A DNA stretch of 64,000 nucleotides from Owenia fusiformis (lineage: Eukaryota). Made by a program: the position numbers and the translations under genes. How positions within the stretch are numbered: position 1 is the first letter of the stretch; each line of letters opens with the position of its first letter. The stretch covers positions 49,476,001-49,540,000 of the forward strand of contig CAIIXF020000001.1 of the NCBI GenBank assembly GCA_903813345.2, in the 5' to 3' direction. The notes under the pieces are model-generated. The model saw only the letters and a list, made by a program, of their open reading frames with translations. It did no database searches and was not told where the DNA came from. Of the stretch, positions 40,027 to 58,124 are shown one piece after another.

Positions 40027-41540
40027 GTGGTCCAAAATCTCAATTGGGTGCCAAAAGATTTTCAACAGGGTGCAAGGAAATTCCAATTCTCAGTGGGGTG
40101 TTTCAATGTTTAATGGGGTGTCCCAATACAAAAATACTCTAGGCACAAGGAGTGACATTTTGTCTATATAAAGCCGTTTTTTCTAGTTACAAAGTTACAA
40201 TTATTGACTTTTAAAGTTTAACTGCATACACTTATGGTGCTGTAGCAAGCAAAAGGGCTCCTGATGAAACAATTGTTGAAGGTCACAAATGTTAACTTAA
40301 GCATGAGTATGTCTGCAACACTGAATTTTGACTACCTCTCAATATGACTGTAATTGGCAATATTTATATCTTTTTTTAAGATGTAGTCAAAGAAGTGCTT
40401 AAGCTTACATAGTTTTTATTATATTATTATGTCACCATAAAAATCAGTGATGACGTATCGTTGTGGTCACAATTTTTATAACTGCCATTCGACACCTGTG
40501 GCCACTTTCTGTCACAAACTGTTACACCTGTAACTGGCATCTGGAACAAATTGTTTGCAATGATAACCATATACTGTATTTGCAATAATTACTTACTAGG
40601 TGGTGATATTTTATCATGTTATGCCTTTAAGTTGTGAATATCAATACATTATCTGATATCAGTGATCTAGGGCAAGATGGGGCTGTCAACTGAAGAAATG
40701 TTCTTGTGAATTGAGGTCCCAAAATCGGACCTAGGAACTGTCCAGCGCTTGTGGTTGGATTCAGCATGTAGGAATGACTTCGAATTTTTCACAATATTTT
40801 GTAATTTATATACATGTAATTTTACATATGTGCCAAACCATCGTAAATTGTAACAAGTTGAGATGTGGAGCTTAATTAAAGGTAGAATCAGATCCAGACA
40901 AAATTGCAAGCAAAAATACAATTGACCCACCAATCTATTCCTTACAATCTCAAATATAATATCTCAGAAAAGATCATTGATATGTTATTTCATAATATAT
41001 TATTGTAAAATCTTAAGTTTTCCTGAAATAAAGTATGTACTTTGGGGATTTTTTGAAAAAAGACATGACAAGGAATGAAATGAACCAAAGATTTTCTAAA
41101 ATTGAAACAATTTTTTTTGTTTTAGCTTGCTCACTTGATCCGATTATCTCTTGTATTCTACCATTTTGTCAGCAGTGTCAGAAATTGAGAGAAATGTTCA
41201 ACATCAGTATTAATCACCCACCAGAGGTTTATACTCAAAATCCAAGATTACGATTTTTAAAATTAAGTAGGTTAAAATAGGTTACATACTATACATTGTT
41301 TCATTTAGGAATTGTGGTTCTCAAGAATATTTTGAGAAAGGGACAAGTGCAAGTGAGGAACAAAGATAGATTTTAAGACTCAGCGTGGAATGGGAATGTT
41401 CTATGTAGTTTTCCATGACATACATTATTCAAACGAGCAAAAATGCAAAATCTAACATTTTTTGAGCCAACATTAATGGTCACATGAAACTAGGGCAATC
41501 GTGCCAACTATGAATTACTAGATCTGGAAATGTATAATTA

Positions 41541-41744
41541 CTGTATAAGGGGTATTTAATCTGAGCGGTTTTGCCGAATTTTCAAATTTTATAATTTTCC
41601 TAAGTTTGATTTTCCTAATAACAAGAAACTTCCTATTGGATTATGCATTATGAAGATAATATTTCCGACATTTAATTTTCCGAACTTGGCAAAAATTAGG
41701 CAATTGGCAAATTATATGATTAGGCAAAATTACCACTTATACAG
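41541..41744. mobile_element. TA-TSD MITE
   Basis: TA|CTGTATAAGGGGTA ... TACCACTTATACAG|TA. Confidence 0.75.
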
Positions 41745-43883
41745 TATTCTAGTAGTAATGTAATTGACATCTTTATTGATGTTTAGTTTGTTGGTTTCTT
41801 AAACTGCTAAGCATGCATTGATCAATATATAAATAAAAAATATGAGCAGACAGGTCCTTCAAAAAGTTTTGTGAAAAATATGTCCAGCGCTTGTGTTGAT
41901 CTCACTTTTTCTTCTCATGATATTCATTTTAAAGAATTTACATTTAAAATTGTGGTAGAATGTGGAATGAAATTTTTTATTAAACTTATAGAATGACCTG
42001 ATACAATATGATCACATTCCCTCTTAATATCAAGAACAGTTAGATCTAGCAATGAACATGACATATGCAGAACATTTACACGGAGGTGTTCTAGAATTAA
42101 ACCGAGTTGTGCTTGTATTTTGTCAATAATAGTTATGATAATGTATGAAGAACATTGAACTGATATGTATTTTGTTGAGTTGTTATGTTTTGAAATTCCT
42201 ATACTCATGTGGACTCTTGTGTTTTAGGGAAGTAATTACCACTCATTGATCATCATTTTATTTGTTCAGAACTTGAATTGTTTTGAAATTGAAATAATTC
42301 ATGTTTCATGAGTGGCTTTCTTGCTTTTTAAAGCCCAGTTCTAATTACTACCAACCATTTTGAATAGGTTTTTACAATTGTTAAGATTGATACATATGCT
42401 AGCCCCACTATTGAAAATGCAAAATATGTACTTTACTTTCTGTAAAAAAAAGTAATTGTGTCATACTGCAATCTTACCGATTGTCTGTAATTAATGAATG
42501 AAAATTGATTGAGTTTTGTTTCAGGTGCATGTAGTACTATAATGCAGATTCAATTCTATTGCAATGACTATGATGTATATAAATGAATGAACATGCTTGT
42601 TTATGAAATAAATGCGACTACAAGTCTCCCAGTAGTCTTGCTTCAGTCTCTCATCCCCTTCCCCCTCCTTACAGCCACACCTACACACGTTGTGGATGAG
42701 AAGGTATGGGGAAAATGAGGTATACAATTACGTATACAATTACAAGAGTTTGAGTTCAGACCTACACTATGAAGAGAAAATAATCATTTATTCTTATCCA
42801 TAACATCAAGTCAATCAAAATGCAAACCTTATCAATAGCTATACTGTAAAATTATCATGGCCCATACCAATCCCCCCCCCCCGCCAAAGATTTTCAAAAT
42901 TATGCAGTTTTTCACCATTCTGAGCACCTTTCAAGTGATTTTGAAAGTAGGCAAAGTAGTTAAAAGTGAACTGGAATTTTTAAAAAGTGAACCCCCCTTG
43001 GCAAAGCCTGACTACTTCAGGGTTACAGAGACATGATGCAAGGCTACTGCAGTAGTTGTAATGCATGGAGGGAGAAAAATCTCCATTCTCAGTTTCGTTG
43101 TAGATAATGCCAAATGCAATACATGTATTTTGTTTGAAAGTGTGTATTTATACAAGATTTATCATTAGCTAACACCATATACATAAAATACAATAATTAG
43201 CTAATGTTCAAGGAACGAAATGATTAACGAAATAAATCAATTGAAATTATATGAATTTATTTTGTACAATATGTTATTGATAAAGATAGCTGAACATTGA
43301 GAATCTAATGATGATACAACATTTATAGCACAAAATTCTCTATTCTGCAAAACATTATTACATGTACATGTACATTAACATGCACAGCTATGCAGTTGCT
43401 GGGTCACTTGAAAGATGGCACTGTCATCGATTTGTACATTGTATATTTGCCACCTTTCAATTAGCTCAGCACCAAATTGTATAAATATATACTAAGTTTT
43501 CACAGCCATCCAGCTTTCATTTCACACCAGTGTGAATTGTGGATGAAGAATTATTTTCCATTCCCTTTTTATAGATGGCAGACTGATAGCTTTTTATTAC
43601 CATCAGTATTCATGTGGACCTTTCGTGATATCTGTCTACAATACAATAAGGTTTACTCTGTCATTCATTTGTTTGATGGTATAATAATATCAGTGTTAAA
43701 ATCCAAAATACATGATTCTATCTTTATTCCTATTTACACTACAACATCTTAGACCTGTACTAATCCATGTATAATCACATAGCACCTTTGTAACATAACT
43801 AAACTACCATAGAGGTTCTGCCACTATTCTGTACAGTAATGTTCTTGGTCCTAATTTATACTGAGTGACTTCCATTTTGACAT

Positions 43884-44135
43884 CTATCCACACACTGGCT
43901 TCATTCCTACAAGGTTCTCTGAGCATGTTTTGGGCAGGTTGATCACCTTCAGTATTGCCTCGCAGACATCATTTAGGGGAGTTATGCACACGCTGAAGGG
44001 AATGAGGAAGATGTACAACCAGGCGAGGAGCCCTGCTATTGGCCAGGCAAGCAGGATAAGGATAAAGAACCAGCATATGGACCATAATATACCTGGGCAA
44101 GCACCTCCTTTGCCGCTACCTTCACCCTGTCCCAT
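43884..44135 (-). CDS. Small Cys-rich hydrophobic membrane protein, 83 aa, uncharacterized
   Basis: Intact ORF with a long hydrophobic stretch (aa ~15-52, central WP) and 6 Cys. Pyrimidine-rich acceptor (tttttcttgattccag) 9 nt before the ATG, so the exon starts at 44144. A consensus donor CAG|GTAAGT at 45435/45434 fits an upstream non-coding exon. GC content is higher than the flanks. Confidence 0.85.
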   Translation of the reverse strand: MGQGEGSGKGGACPGILWSICWFFILILLAWPIAGLLAWLYIFLIPFSVCITPLNDVCEAILKVINLPKTCSENLVGMKPVCG

Positions 44136-44414
44136 CCTAGGTCACTGGAATCAAGAAAAACATGTTCATCAATGCAATGGAAATTATTGTGTTTGGATAA
44201 GAGCTAAGAATATGTAAAAGGAAGGTTCAGTTAATGAATGGAATCATTTGAAGAGAACACAATTTTTGAAATCAATATGATTAACAGACATGTCTTTTAC
44301 ATCATCTTTTCATCTTTGATCTCGTGATTTTCACCGCACAAATTGAAAGTTGTATCTTCTTTATATATGGGTATAATTCCATCTCCATGGTTTTGTCAAT
44401 AGAAACTTCAAAGA

Positions 44415-45077
44415 ATATGGTGAACTGAATTCACCAATGTTTTTCTCTTAAACCAATTATTGAAAACACCTTTATGTAATGGTCACTGATTGACAAAAAT
44501 TTAATGCAAAAATTAATTAAAATATATTTTTTATAACTGTTTTTGTTAACTTTTTTCCTTTCTACCAATTCTTGAAAATGAAATAAAAAGATCTTTCCGA
44601 ACCTTGTTAGAACAAAATAGCATATACAACATTTTCTTAGACCTCTCAATATTATAGGAATACAAAGGAAAATTTGGTTGATTTAACAAAAAGTATTTAA
44701 AAAATTTAAACAAAAACTCCAAAAATGGATAAAAATTAAAGTAAACCTTTTATTTTTAAGATACTTTTTTTAAATCAACCAAACTTTCACTTGTACAATT
44801 ACAATATTGAGAGACCTAAACACATGATGTATATGTCATTTTGTTCTAATGAGGTTCGGATAGATGTTTCATTTCATTCCGAATATGTGATACCAAGATC
44901 AAAAGAAGTGTCTGATGTGTTTTCTTAAATAATATAGAGAAAATTATATATATTTCTTTCAAATTAAACTACTGTTACCATTCAAAAGATGATCATTAGA
45001 TTGACGATGTGTAAAATTTTCAGAATTTTGTGATGACTGGTTTAAGAGAATCATGTGTTCAATTCAGTTTGCCATAT
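44415..45077. mobile_element. Diverged foldback / ~660-bp palindrome in the 5'-UTR intron of the microprotein gene
   Basis: Outer arms atatggtgaactgaatt..ctcttaaacca / tggtttaagag..aattcagtttgccatat. Inner arms ttccgaacct..ttagaacaaaat..tttggttgatttaa / ttaaatcaaccaaa..attttgttctaa..aggttcgga. Confidence 0.8.
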
Positions 45078-48000
45078 CAATACCCTATATCCTTTTTATC
45101 CTTTTCTACTATAATATACTGAGTTTTATTATTGATAGCAAAAGATATGTTCCTATTGGAATTAATTTGTTATTTGTTGTCCTAATCATTCTTTCATTCT
45201 GGTTGCACAAATAATTCACATTTTATCATAGCTTCACTTATTTTAGAAAAAATATAATGATAAAAAGCATGCTGAAATGCTAATTTAATTCATAAACATT
45301 TGTATTTGAAATATAGATTTGGTGGGGTTACCAAAATAATTTTAGACCATTTTTGGAGCAGGAAATGATTGACTGTGTTGTATTGTTTACCTGTAATACA
45401 CAATACTCCAGGTGTAATAATCATAATAACTTACCTGGAATATGATAATATATAATAATATCAAGGAAAATCCACACCCTGAAACCTTGTTAGATCACTT
45501 CTAATGTATATCCTAATACAACTTGTCATCAAAGCTATCACCTCTGGAGCCAATCTAAATTCCTGAGAATTGTCATAAAAATCCAATGTTTGCTTTTGTT
45601 GTAGCTCTAGGGAGTGTGTTAACAGGCAACTAGGGGACTTTGTACCTATTATCTCTGCACATTTGTACTAGCTGCCAGATTCCTCCTATAGAGTTTTATA
45701 TTATCAGATCTACGGTATAACCTATATCAATGAACGTATTTTGCTATGTATGGATAACAATGCATATATACTGTTTTTATGAGGTCACTTGGTGAGCTAT
45801 TGCAATTACCACTTATCTGTCTGACTGTCCATCCATTTTTCAAGTGGAACGTTTTAAACCTAGCTCTGATTCTACCATTGGAAAGTCAGATATTCTTCTT
45901 TTTTTAAAATCATTATTTTGAATTGTTAACAAGGGGTGTACAGTACTTTACATTTTAACTTGTACAATTGTGGCTTGCTTGATTTTCCCTTCACATTCAG
46001 ATTTTATGCTTTTGGCTCCATTGTTTGCAATAGGAGAATGTTGGATTCATAATCCCTTCAAAGTATTCTTTAAATGACATGAACTATAAATGCCAATGTA
46101 CAGGGTGAGCCAAAAAAGGTAACCCAAACAAACATTAATAGCTCAGTCATCCAGCATAGGTTTAAGATCATATTTGGCACAATTAAACCTTGTTCAATGT
46201 TCTTTCATTCCAATGAGTTTCACTGGTCTATTTCAAATGACCACAATCTTATGGCTATTTTACAAATCATCCTCAAAATGCCAGTCTCCTCTCTGGAGGC
46301 TAATTTGAACACAGTGGGTGAAGCTGTTCCAAATAAAAAGGCCAAAATCCCAAACGGAAGGAGCAAATAAAGTCACAATACGTTGGTAAATAACAAGGTG
46401 TTGTTTGCTATAGAAGAGTATCACTGTATCATATCATGTATATCACCAAATCATATCGCACATACTGCCTAATGAATTTACAGATTAGAAGAGTAGATTA
46501 CAAGTATGGTTTTCTGAAGGCTTTGTTAATATCCTAGTTAATATCTATGTGTGAGTACAATGCATGATCAAATGACATATTAACACGGCTCATTGCTACA
46601 TGACCTGCTACTAAGCCATCTGCGAAATTGATAAAATGCATTATTTGTGCATCCTTAATTCTGCTTGATGTTAAAGGCATAATGATATCATCTATAGGGG
46701 TTGACGAAATTGTAAGCAACATGAACAATTGATCTATGAATCTATTCCTTATGATGTCAAATACAATATCTCCAAAAAGATCTGCAATATGGAAGAAATG
46801 GGGGAAAAGTGTTTAAATTCTCCCAAATAATAAAAATGGTAACCATAAAAATAAAAAAAATAATGCTTTATTGTAGTTTTCCTGAAATATGTTTAGAAAA
46901 TAGACATGACAAAGAATGATATGAGCAAAAAATATTCTAAAATCATACAATTTTTGGGTTTTCTTGCTCGCTAGATCTGATTCTCTCTTTAACTATAGGA
47001 ATTTATTGTCAAGTGAATTTTCTATCAACATGCCATACATGTAGTTAACATAATTTGAAAAAAGATATCAGTGATTTGCAGTGTTACACCTGCAAAGTAA
47101 ACAAACCTAGAAGTACCATGTCAAAAGTGTTTATTAGGGGTAGTATACATATTGATAATAACTCCTCTGGTATAGAGATAAGATAAAACATACTTATTTT
47201 ACAGTTTTACACACACCGCTGTGTGCAGACAAGATAAGCATTATACAATTATATCACTAATAAATTCTGCTAATTGCACATAAAGATAACAGAACATTCA
47301 TAAGAGATAATCTTTCACAAAATGAAATATTACATAACATAAAAGTAACAAGACATTATTTATAGTAGAGGGGCAATTGTAATAAAGTATTAGTACAAGA
47401 CCCAAAAATGTAAAGATTTGGTGGGTCTTAGAAGAAACAAAGCCCCCTCCACACTTAATTTTGTTGATCTTCACTATAGCGCAAGCGCAATGTTTTAAAA
47501 CATGTGAAGGACACACAATTTGTCCAGAGATTCCTATACACCATTGGAAAGTTTGGACTATGAGCCTTTTGAAACTGATCAGATTATCAGTTTCATCACC
47601 AAAGTAAATTATAATTCGCCATAATTCAATATCCGAAGGCATGAATATTTGGGTGATTTCTGAAAAACATTAAATTAAAGCATTATGTTATGAAAAGTAA
47701 TTTTAGTATTACAGTACAAAGGGGCTCAAAATCAAAACCAAACAATTCAATTTCAATTCAATTTCAATTTATTAAATATATATGCATACAACAATACAAA
47801 ATTGATGAAGGGAGCGAGACACCACTGAAAGGTGTATGGTGCCCCCTGTAACAATAAAAATTCATATGAGTTAGCAATTGAAGATGACAAATAGGTATAT
47901 GAATGGAAAAAATCCTTGGAACTATTATATTAAGTAAAAAAGCTTTTGTTCCTGCAATTTCAGCTATGATACAAAGCTGTTTTGGCCTCCTCCCAATGCC

Positions 48001-48381
48001 CCCGTTTCCTGATATAGTTGGTGTTCATGCTAAAGATGAAAAACAAAGATAAGAATTCTTGAGATCAAAAGTGCCAAGTTAAAACAAGTTAAAAGTGTAC
48101 AAGTGTACATTGAAATGGTCATTAAAATATATGTCAACTCCTTATATTTTCCATTGTATTGCTGTTTTCATTACATTGATTAAAGGCTAAATCAGAGGTA
48201 TATACTCGTTTAAGAGACAAAATTCCAAGCAACATGTACAATTAATATTCTTTACCATCTCAAATATGCTAATATTATCTCCAAAGAGATTCATATTTGA
48301 TCAAACAGTAAAGTTACGTCTATCCATCCCATGCCCAGCTAGGTAGACCATGCTCAAAATATGAAGATTCAAGGAAGACTC

Positions 48382-48897
48382 TGGAACAGCCATATCCTCC
48401 CCCAGTGGAACTACCATATCCACCCCCAGTGGAACAGCCATATCCTCCCCAGTGGAACTGCCATATTCTCCCCAGTGGAACAGCCATATCCTCCCCAGTG
48501 GAACTACCATATCCTCCCCCAGTGGAACAGCCATATCCTCCCCAGTGGAACTACCATATCCTCCCCCAGTGGAACAGCCATATCCTTCCCAGTGGAACTA
48601 CCATATCCTCCCCCAGTGGAACAGCCATATCCTCCCCAGTGGAACTGCCATATTCTCCCCAGTGGAACAGCCATATCCTCCCCAGTGGAACTACCATATC
48701 CTCCCCCAGTGGAACAGCCATATCCTCCCCAGTGGAACTACCATATCCTCCCCCAGTGGAACAGCCATATCCTTCCCAGTGGAACTACCATATCCTCCCC
48801 CAGTGGAACAGCCATATCCTCCCCAGTGGAACTGCCATATCCTCCCCCAGTGGAACTGCCATATCCTCCCCCAGTGGAACAGCCATATCCTCCCCCA
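48382..48897 (+). repeat. 23/24-bp C-rich minisatellite, about 22 copies
   Basis: Unit cagtggaac(ag/ta/tg)ccatatcctccc(c). It produces overlapping stop-free ORFs in several frames. Confidence 0.97.
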
Positions 48898-49004
48898 GGC
48901 TCTTGATTGAAACAAAACTCTTACACAGGTGAAGAAAAACAATATTGTCATGTTCTGTAATTGTCATAAAGGAATATGTACCATGGTTTATCCCACCCTA
49001 AGTG

Positions 49005-49132
49005 TAATGGTTGATTCTGTATATCGCTATACTCTCGTGAGTATATGATATATTCACTCGTTCCCTTCAGTTACTCGTGAATATATCATATACTCACTTG
49101 AGTATAGACACGATATACAGAATCAACCATTA
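49005..49132. repeat. About 128-bp hairpin related to the 35114 element
   Basis: taatggttgattctgtatatcg ... cgatatacagaatcaaccatta. The loop cactcgttcccttcagttactcgtg resembles the reverse complement of the 35.2-kb loop. Confidence 0.85.
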
Positions 49133-49870
49133 TATAACCTAATAATATGTCATTCTGTGAAACTCTGTTATTAGATCTTATTTAGCACATGAACTGCAAT
49201 TCTTGGAATGAGGTGTACATGTAATATCAATACTCTAAGGAATAAGTAGATGTTTTTCATCATACTGTACTGCCGCTTAATTTGGTGGTACTTATTTTAG
49301 CGGATTTGCTGTTTTGAATATTTTGCGGCTACTTAATTTGGCGGACTTGCAATGCACAAATGGTACTTATTTACCTGGTACTAAAATTACTGGGGAATTT
49401 GGTGGCTACTTAATTTGGCAGACTTTAACAATTTGGGGGATCTGCCAAATTAAAATGGTCGATTAGGAGGTGTTCACATTTTGAGGTTTTTGCATTCGCG
49501 AGATTCCTGATTCTGAAGAAATGTGAACACATTTTCGGTACATATGGCATTTCAGAAATTTGAAAATTCAATTCAAATGAATCCAGTCATGCTGGAAAGC
49601 CCTAGTATAGGTTAATCAAGACCATTTAAGTTTTTCCCCAAAGTTTTGATATAACAATATTTGAGCAATTTTGTATGAAACGTGTGAAATTTTATGAAAA
49701 GTGTTCAGATTAGACGGGTTAATTTTTCAAATATGACTGTTCACTGTTCAAATTGAGAGGTGTTCACATTTCAAGTTTTTTTAAACATGGGAGTCAATGG
49801 GAGGAAAAAATGGGACCGAAAAAAGTGTTCAGATATGGAGGTGTTCGGATAAGCCATGTGTTCAGATATA

Positions 49871-50067
49871 CACAGCCAATATAATTCGACACCGTTTCGG
49901 CATCGAACAAATTCGGCACCGTTCCGGCACCGTTTCGACACCGTTCCGGCACTGAAACCTTTCGACACCAAAATTTGCTACCGGACTAGTCAGTCCATTT
50001 GGTGCCGAAACGGCACCGAAATTTGGCACCAAAACGGCGTCGAAAATCAGATTGCATTTTGGGGGTG
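49871..50067. mobile_element. CAC...GTG element (EnSpm/CACTA-like) inserted at TA inside the TIR of a pogo-type MITE
   Basis: TA|CACAGCCAA ... TTGGGGGTG|TA with internal cgRcacc repeats. The flanks rejoin to gttcagatatacaggttctactgta, matching the TIR of the 18633 copy. Confidence 0.72.
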
Positions 50068-51359
50068 TACAGGTTCTACTGTACAGTATTTATTTTACCA
50101 TTACATTGGTTGTATTTTTAATGTAAAGGGGACCCCAAAGTAATTGTTTTGACTCTAGTGTCAATAATCCAAACTTATGAATGTCTGTTTAATGAATATA
50201 ACTACAACTGATTTGGGTGTTGGCAATGGAAAATACAAAATGTTGCATAATATACTTCAAAACACTTAAAATCCAGGGGAGCAATTTTTGCAGATTTGCA
50301 AATTAGGACAAATGGAGTTATTAATTTAAAAAATATACAAAAGATGGTTTAACATGATCTTTGTGTTACTTCAAGCATTAACAAAATTTGTACTAAAATG
50401 TCATCTTTGTCATCTTGAAGTGTGACAACGTCTTAATGCTGACTCTGATGCCCATTGGATTAAAACAATAAGCCAGCTCTTTTTGGTTGTCATGAACACC
50501 ATTTTCACTTTTTAGTAAACAAATTATCCTTTAACCACAACACTTCCCACTCACTCACCCATATCATGTAATTGATTTAATGTAGAATTCTGTGTGAAAT
50601 ATAAAACCAACAAGGTTTGCAAAATGTTACTACCTGCCATTTGTTACAGATGCCAACCAACGAACACCATCCACAAAAAGAGACTATAACCTTCTGGAGT
50701 TGACCATTTCTGGTGGTGACATAATTACATGCATTCTGCTTAGATGTACTACCATTATAGATATATGCAACAAAACTTTTAGATATGTTTTTAAATACAT
50801 TTATATTTTATACTAAATAACCTGTGCATGAAGTTTGACAAAACAGACATATCACAATATATCATACTAAACAGCCATTTTTGAATTTTTTTGTAAAACT
50901 TGTGCCATAATTTATAGTGGGGAATAAAAGATTTTTGAAAAGCTGAAAACAATGAGCAACAAAAATAAAACTATCATAATATTATTTTTGATAAGTTTAT
51001 GTATCATTTTACATAACCATGACAAACCTGGGAATTCCTTCTTGAAGGAGCCCTGTGTTTTTCATGTGCATTGATACATAGACATGCAAGTACATATACC
51101 TCAGGCTTGTGTTTGAGCATATGTCTAAATGGATCAAGCAAATCATTCTTGTAAGGACTATGTGAAGCATATGCACATGTATCATATGGAGCGTATTATA
51201 TTTCATCATGACATTCACATTATGATCAGGAAACAAATTACTAGCTATAGCATACTAATTGAATATACACAATTTCCAGAATTGTCATTATTAGCACAGG
51301 CCTTTACTTCAATACAGTGACTGATAGAATATACCAGCAAGTTAGAGCTACATACAATG

Positions 51360-51608
51360 CAGGGGCGTAGCCAGCTTTCAGTCGGGGGGGGGGGGGGGGG
51401 GGGGTGCATTCGCCAAAATCTTTTCAGTTTACAGTCAGGGGATTGTGGCATAAACAAGCCAACAAATAAGATTTATTTTGAGTTTTGCAAAAATTGATGC
51501 AACTTCCTTCTAGCTAGAAGCTTCAAATAAAAAGCATCTTAAAGCTCTTTTCTTCTCTTTTCTCATAGTTTTATTTTTATTGGTTATGGGGGGGGGGCTA
51601 CGCCTATG
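51360..51608. mobile_element. MITE of the CAGG..CGTAGCC family, 5-bp TSD
   Basis: CAATG|CAGGGGCGTAGCC ... GGCTACGCCTATG|CAATG, with poly-G tracts. Confidence 0.82.
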
Positions 51609-53643
51609 CAATGTACAGGTAGATCTTTTGGTGTGTAGTAATATAGGTTACATGTTCAGATTATACAAGTATTTGTGATTTTCAAAATCACTTGTCAAAC
51701 TTGAAATGGATCAAATATCCACAATAATTTTTACAATCATTTGATTATAAAATGTATTGTACTTCATACAAATGTACAATGTACATATGTTGTCATTCAT
51801 TTAATACATATTGACACAAAAAGAGTGCTGATAGTGTTAAACCTCTTAAAAACTTGCTATTAATTTGGCAATATTGAATTTCTAGGGGAATTTTCTAAAT
51901 ATTGGCCTTTATAATTTTTCAACATCCACAATATTCAACAAAATATCAACAAATACATGTATTTTAGCATATATCTGTCTTTAAAAGTCAGATTAAATTG
52001 TAACTAAGGATGATATGTAATATTAATATTTCTGCCTATAAAGAACAAAACTTCATCGATAGCTAGATGGATTACTTATGCATTTCATTTTCATCTTGCT
52101 GTCATCTGAGACATTTTCCAAATGACATTGCAAATAGTGTGTGGTTACATTTTATCTAAAATCATGATTACATAAAGGATAATATGGCTAAGAGCATATT
52201 GATATATGGGATCATAAATACATGTACACTGTGTACTCAATTTTCAAATTAATGTTTAACCATGGAACAAGAAGACTCCAGTGGTACAGTAAAACCTCAT
52301 CATACAGATAAATGTAGAAGTGACAAAATTAAGTCTCACATAATGTAACAATACATAAAATCAATTGTTTTTAATCCTAAATATTGGGTTTGTTTATATC
52401 AGAGTTAATGATATGTATTCTTGGTCCTCTTATGACCATTAATATTCTGATAATCTGAATCTACATGAATATACATAATTTCTAATTGTGATTATTCAGA
52501 TTGCACTTATGTCGTTAGGAGATAATAATTTATAGTTTTCATGGAGTCTGCATTGATTTGTTCTTCATTTGCAATGTTTTATGAGTACAATTTTATTACA
52601 TGTAGGCAAACATTGACTGTGGCATACCTATTTTTCAAATTTTTATCCTGGAAAATGGCAACAAAATATCATTCCCAAAATCAACTTGTGAATTTGAAGA
52701 TTGTCGTTAATATCCAAGGAGTAAATCAGTAAGACAAAGTTACATTTGAGCTCTGCTTTTAAATACCTTCAAGTTGAGAACATGAATAATAATAAAGCCA
52801 TCAAAAAACATTTGCAAAGAATTTATTTTCTTAATCAATAACCATTAGTGTGAAACTATTTTTCATTGTACATTGTACTGACAGATGGACTGACTGAGAG
52901 TTTCACTATATCCCTAACAAGACTCCGTTAAACATAAAATAAATCTAGAAACTATACAATACTTGTTTGCATAACGCACGTCTTTACAGTAAATACAAAG
53001 TAAACATAATTAATATTTGCATGAGACAATGTTTAGTCCCAATTAAGCAATTTAAATGAATACAATCTATATATAATTTAGGAGTATTGTTTACTCCTAG
53101 CTGTATATGTTAATAATACATATGATTTTCAGTGACATCTATTACCAAACCACGAAACTATAAACATGATTATCAAACAACTCCCACCATTCACACCTTC
53201 TATACTTTGAAAGTGACTGAGGGTTTCCGCTAATGGCCAGGGTCTCATTCATTGGCAATTGGAACATATTGTCTTATACTGCAAGTTTTTCCATCTGCAA
53301 GACACCCTAGTCTATGACTGAAATTTCAAACAAACATTCACTTGAACATGTGGCCTTGAATGTGCATATCAAAAATACTGGCAGTATCGTACATGTATAA
53401 TATGGATTTCGTTCTTAAATCCTCTGAACCCTTCCTCTAATTCCTAATCCCTATCAACTTCCCCGACCTAAGCCATGGAAGACCTTACATTGAGGATGAA
53501 TACAATCACAGGGGATTGGTGCATGACAATTACACTCATTGAGACTTTTCTGATATGTGACAATTCAATACATTCACTTATCAATCAATCATTCCTTTCT
53601 TCCTTATTAATGTACAACCCTTCTTGAAACGCTAGATATAGTC

Positions 53644-57916
<4,273 letters not shown>

Positions 57917-58124
57917 TTTTTATGTAGGTCAGTACCTCGTTTTGAAACAGAGCCTCGTTCTGAAAATGTTTACTTCCTGAGTTTGGATAAAAATCTTGCC
58001 TTCTAGTTTAGAGTCGTTTTTTAGAAGTTATTTGCGATATAAACAAGCCTTGCTTACATAATAAGGGAAAATGTAATCCCAAGATTATCAATAGCTAATT
58101 TTGCAACAATAAACTGTCGGTACA
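57917..58124. promoter_or_regulatory. Bidirectional promoter and 5' UTRs between Abi and Mlx
   Basis: Only 208 bp separate the two divergent ATGs. ETS-like ACTTCCTG near 57972 and a short direct repeat cctcgttYtgaaa at ~57935 and ~57953. Confidence 0.7.

Noticed and set aside
43930..44217. 95-aa + strand ORF, and similarly the - strand ORFs at 39069-39581 and 60664-60978 and the + strand ORF at 54469-54735
   Set aside because: They are antisense shadows of real coding exons.
48361..48967. Overlapping 60-181 aa Pro-rich ORFs on both strands
   Set aside because: They are by-products of a stop-free minisatellite. All frames are equally open and there is no splice or domain support.
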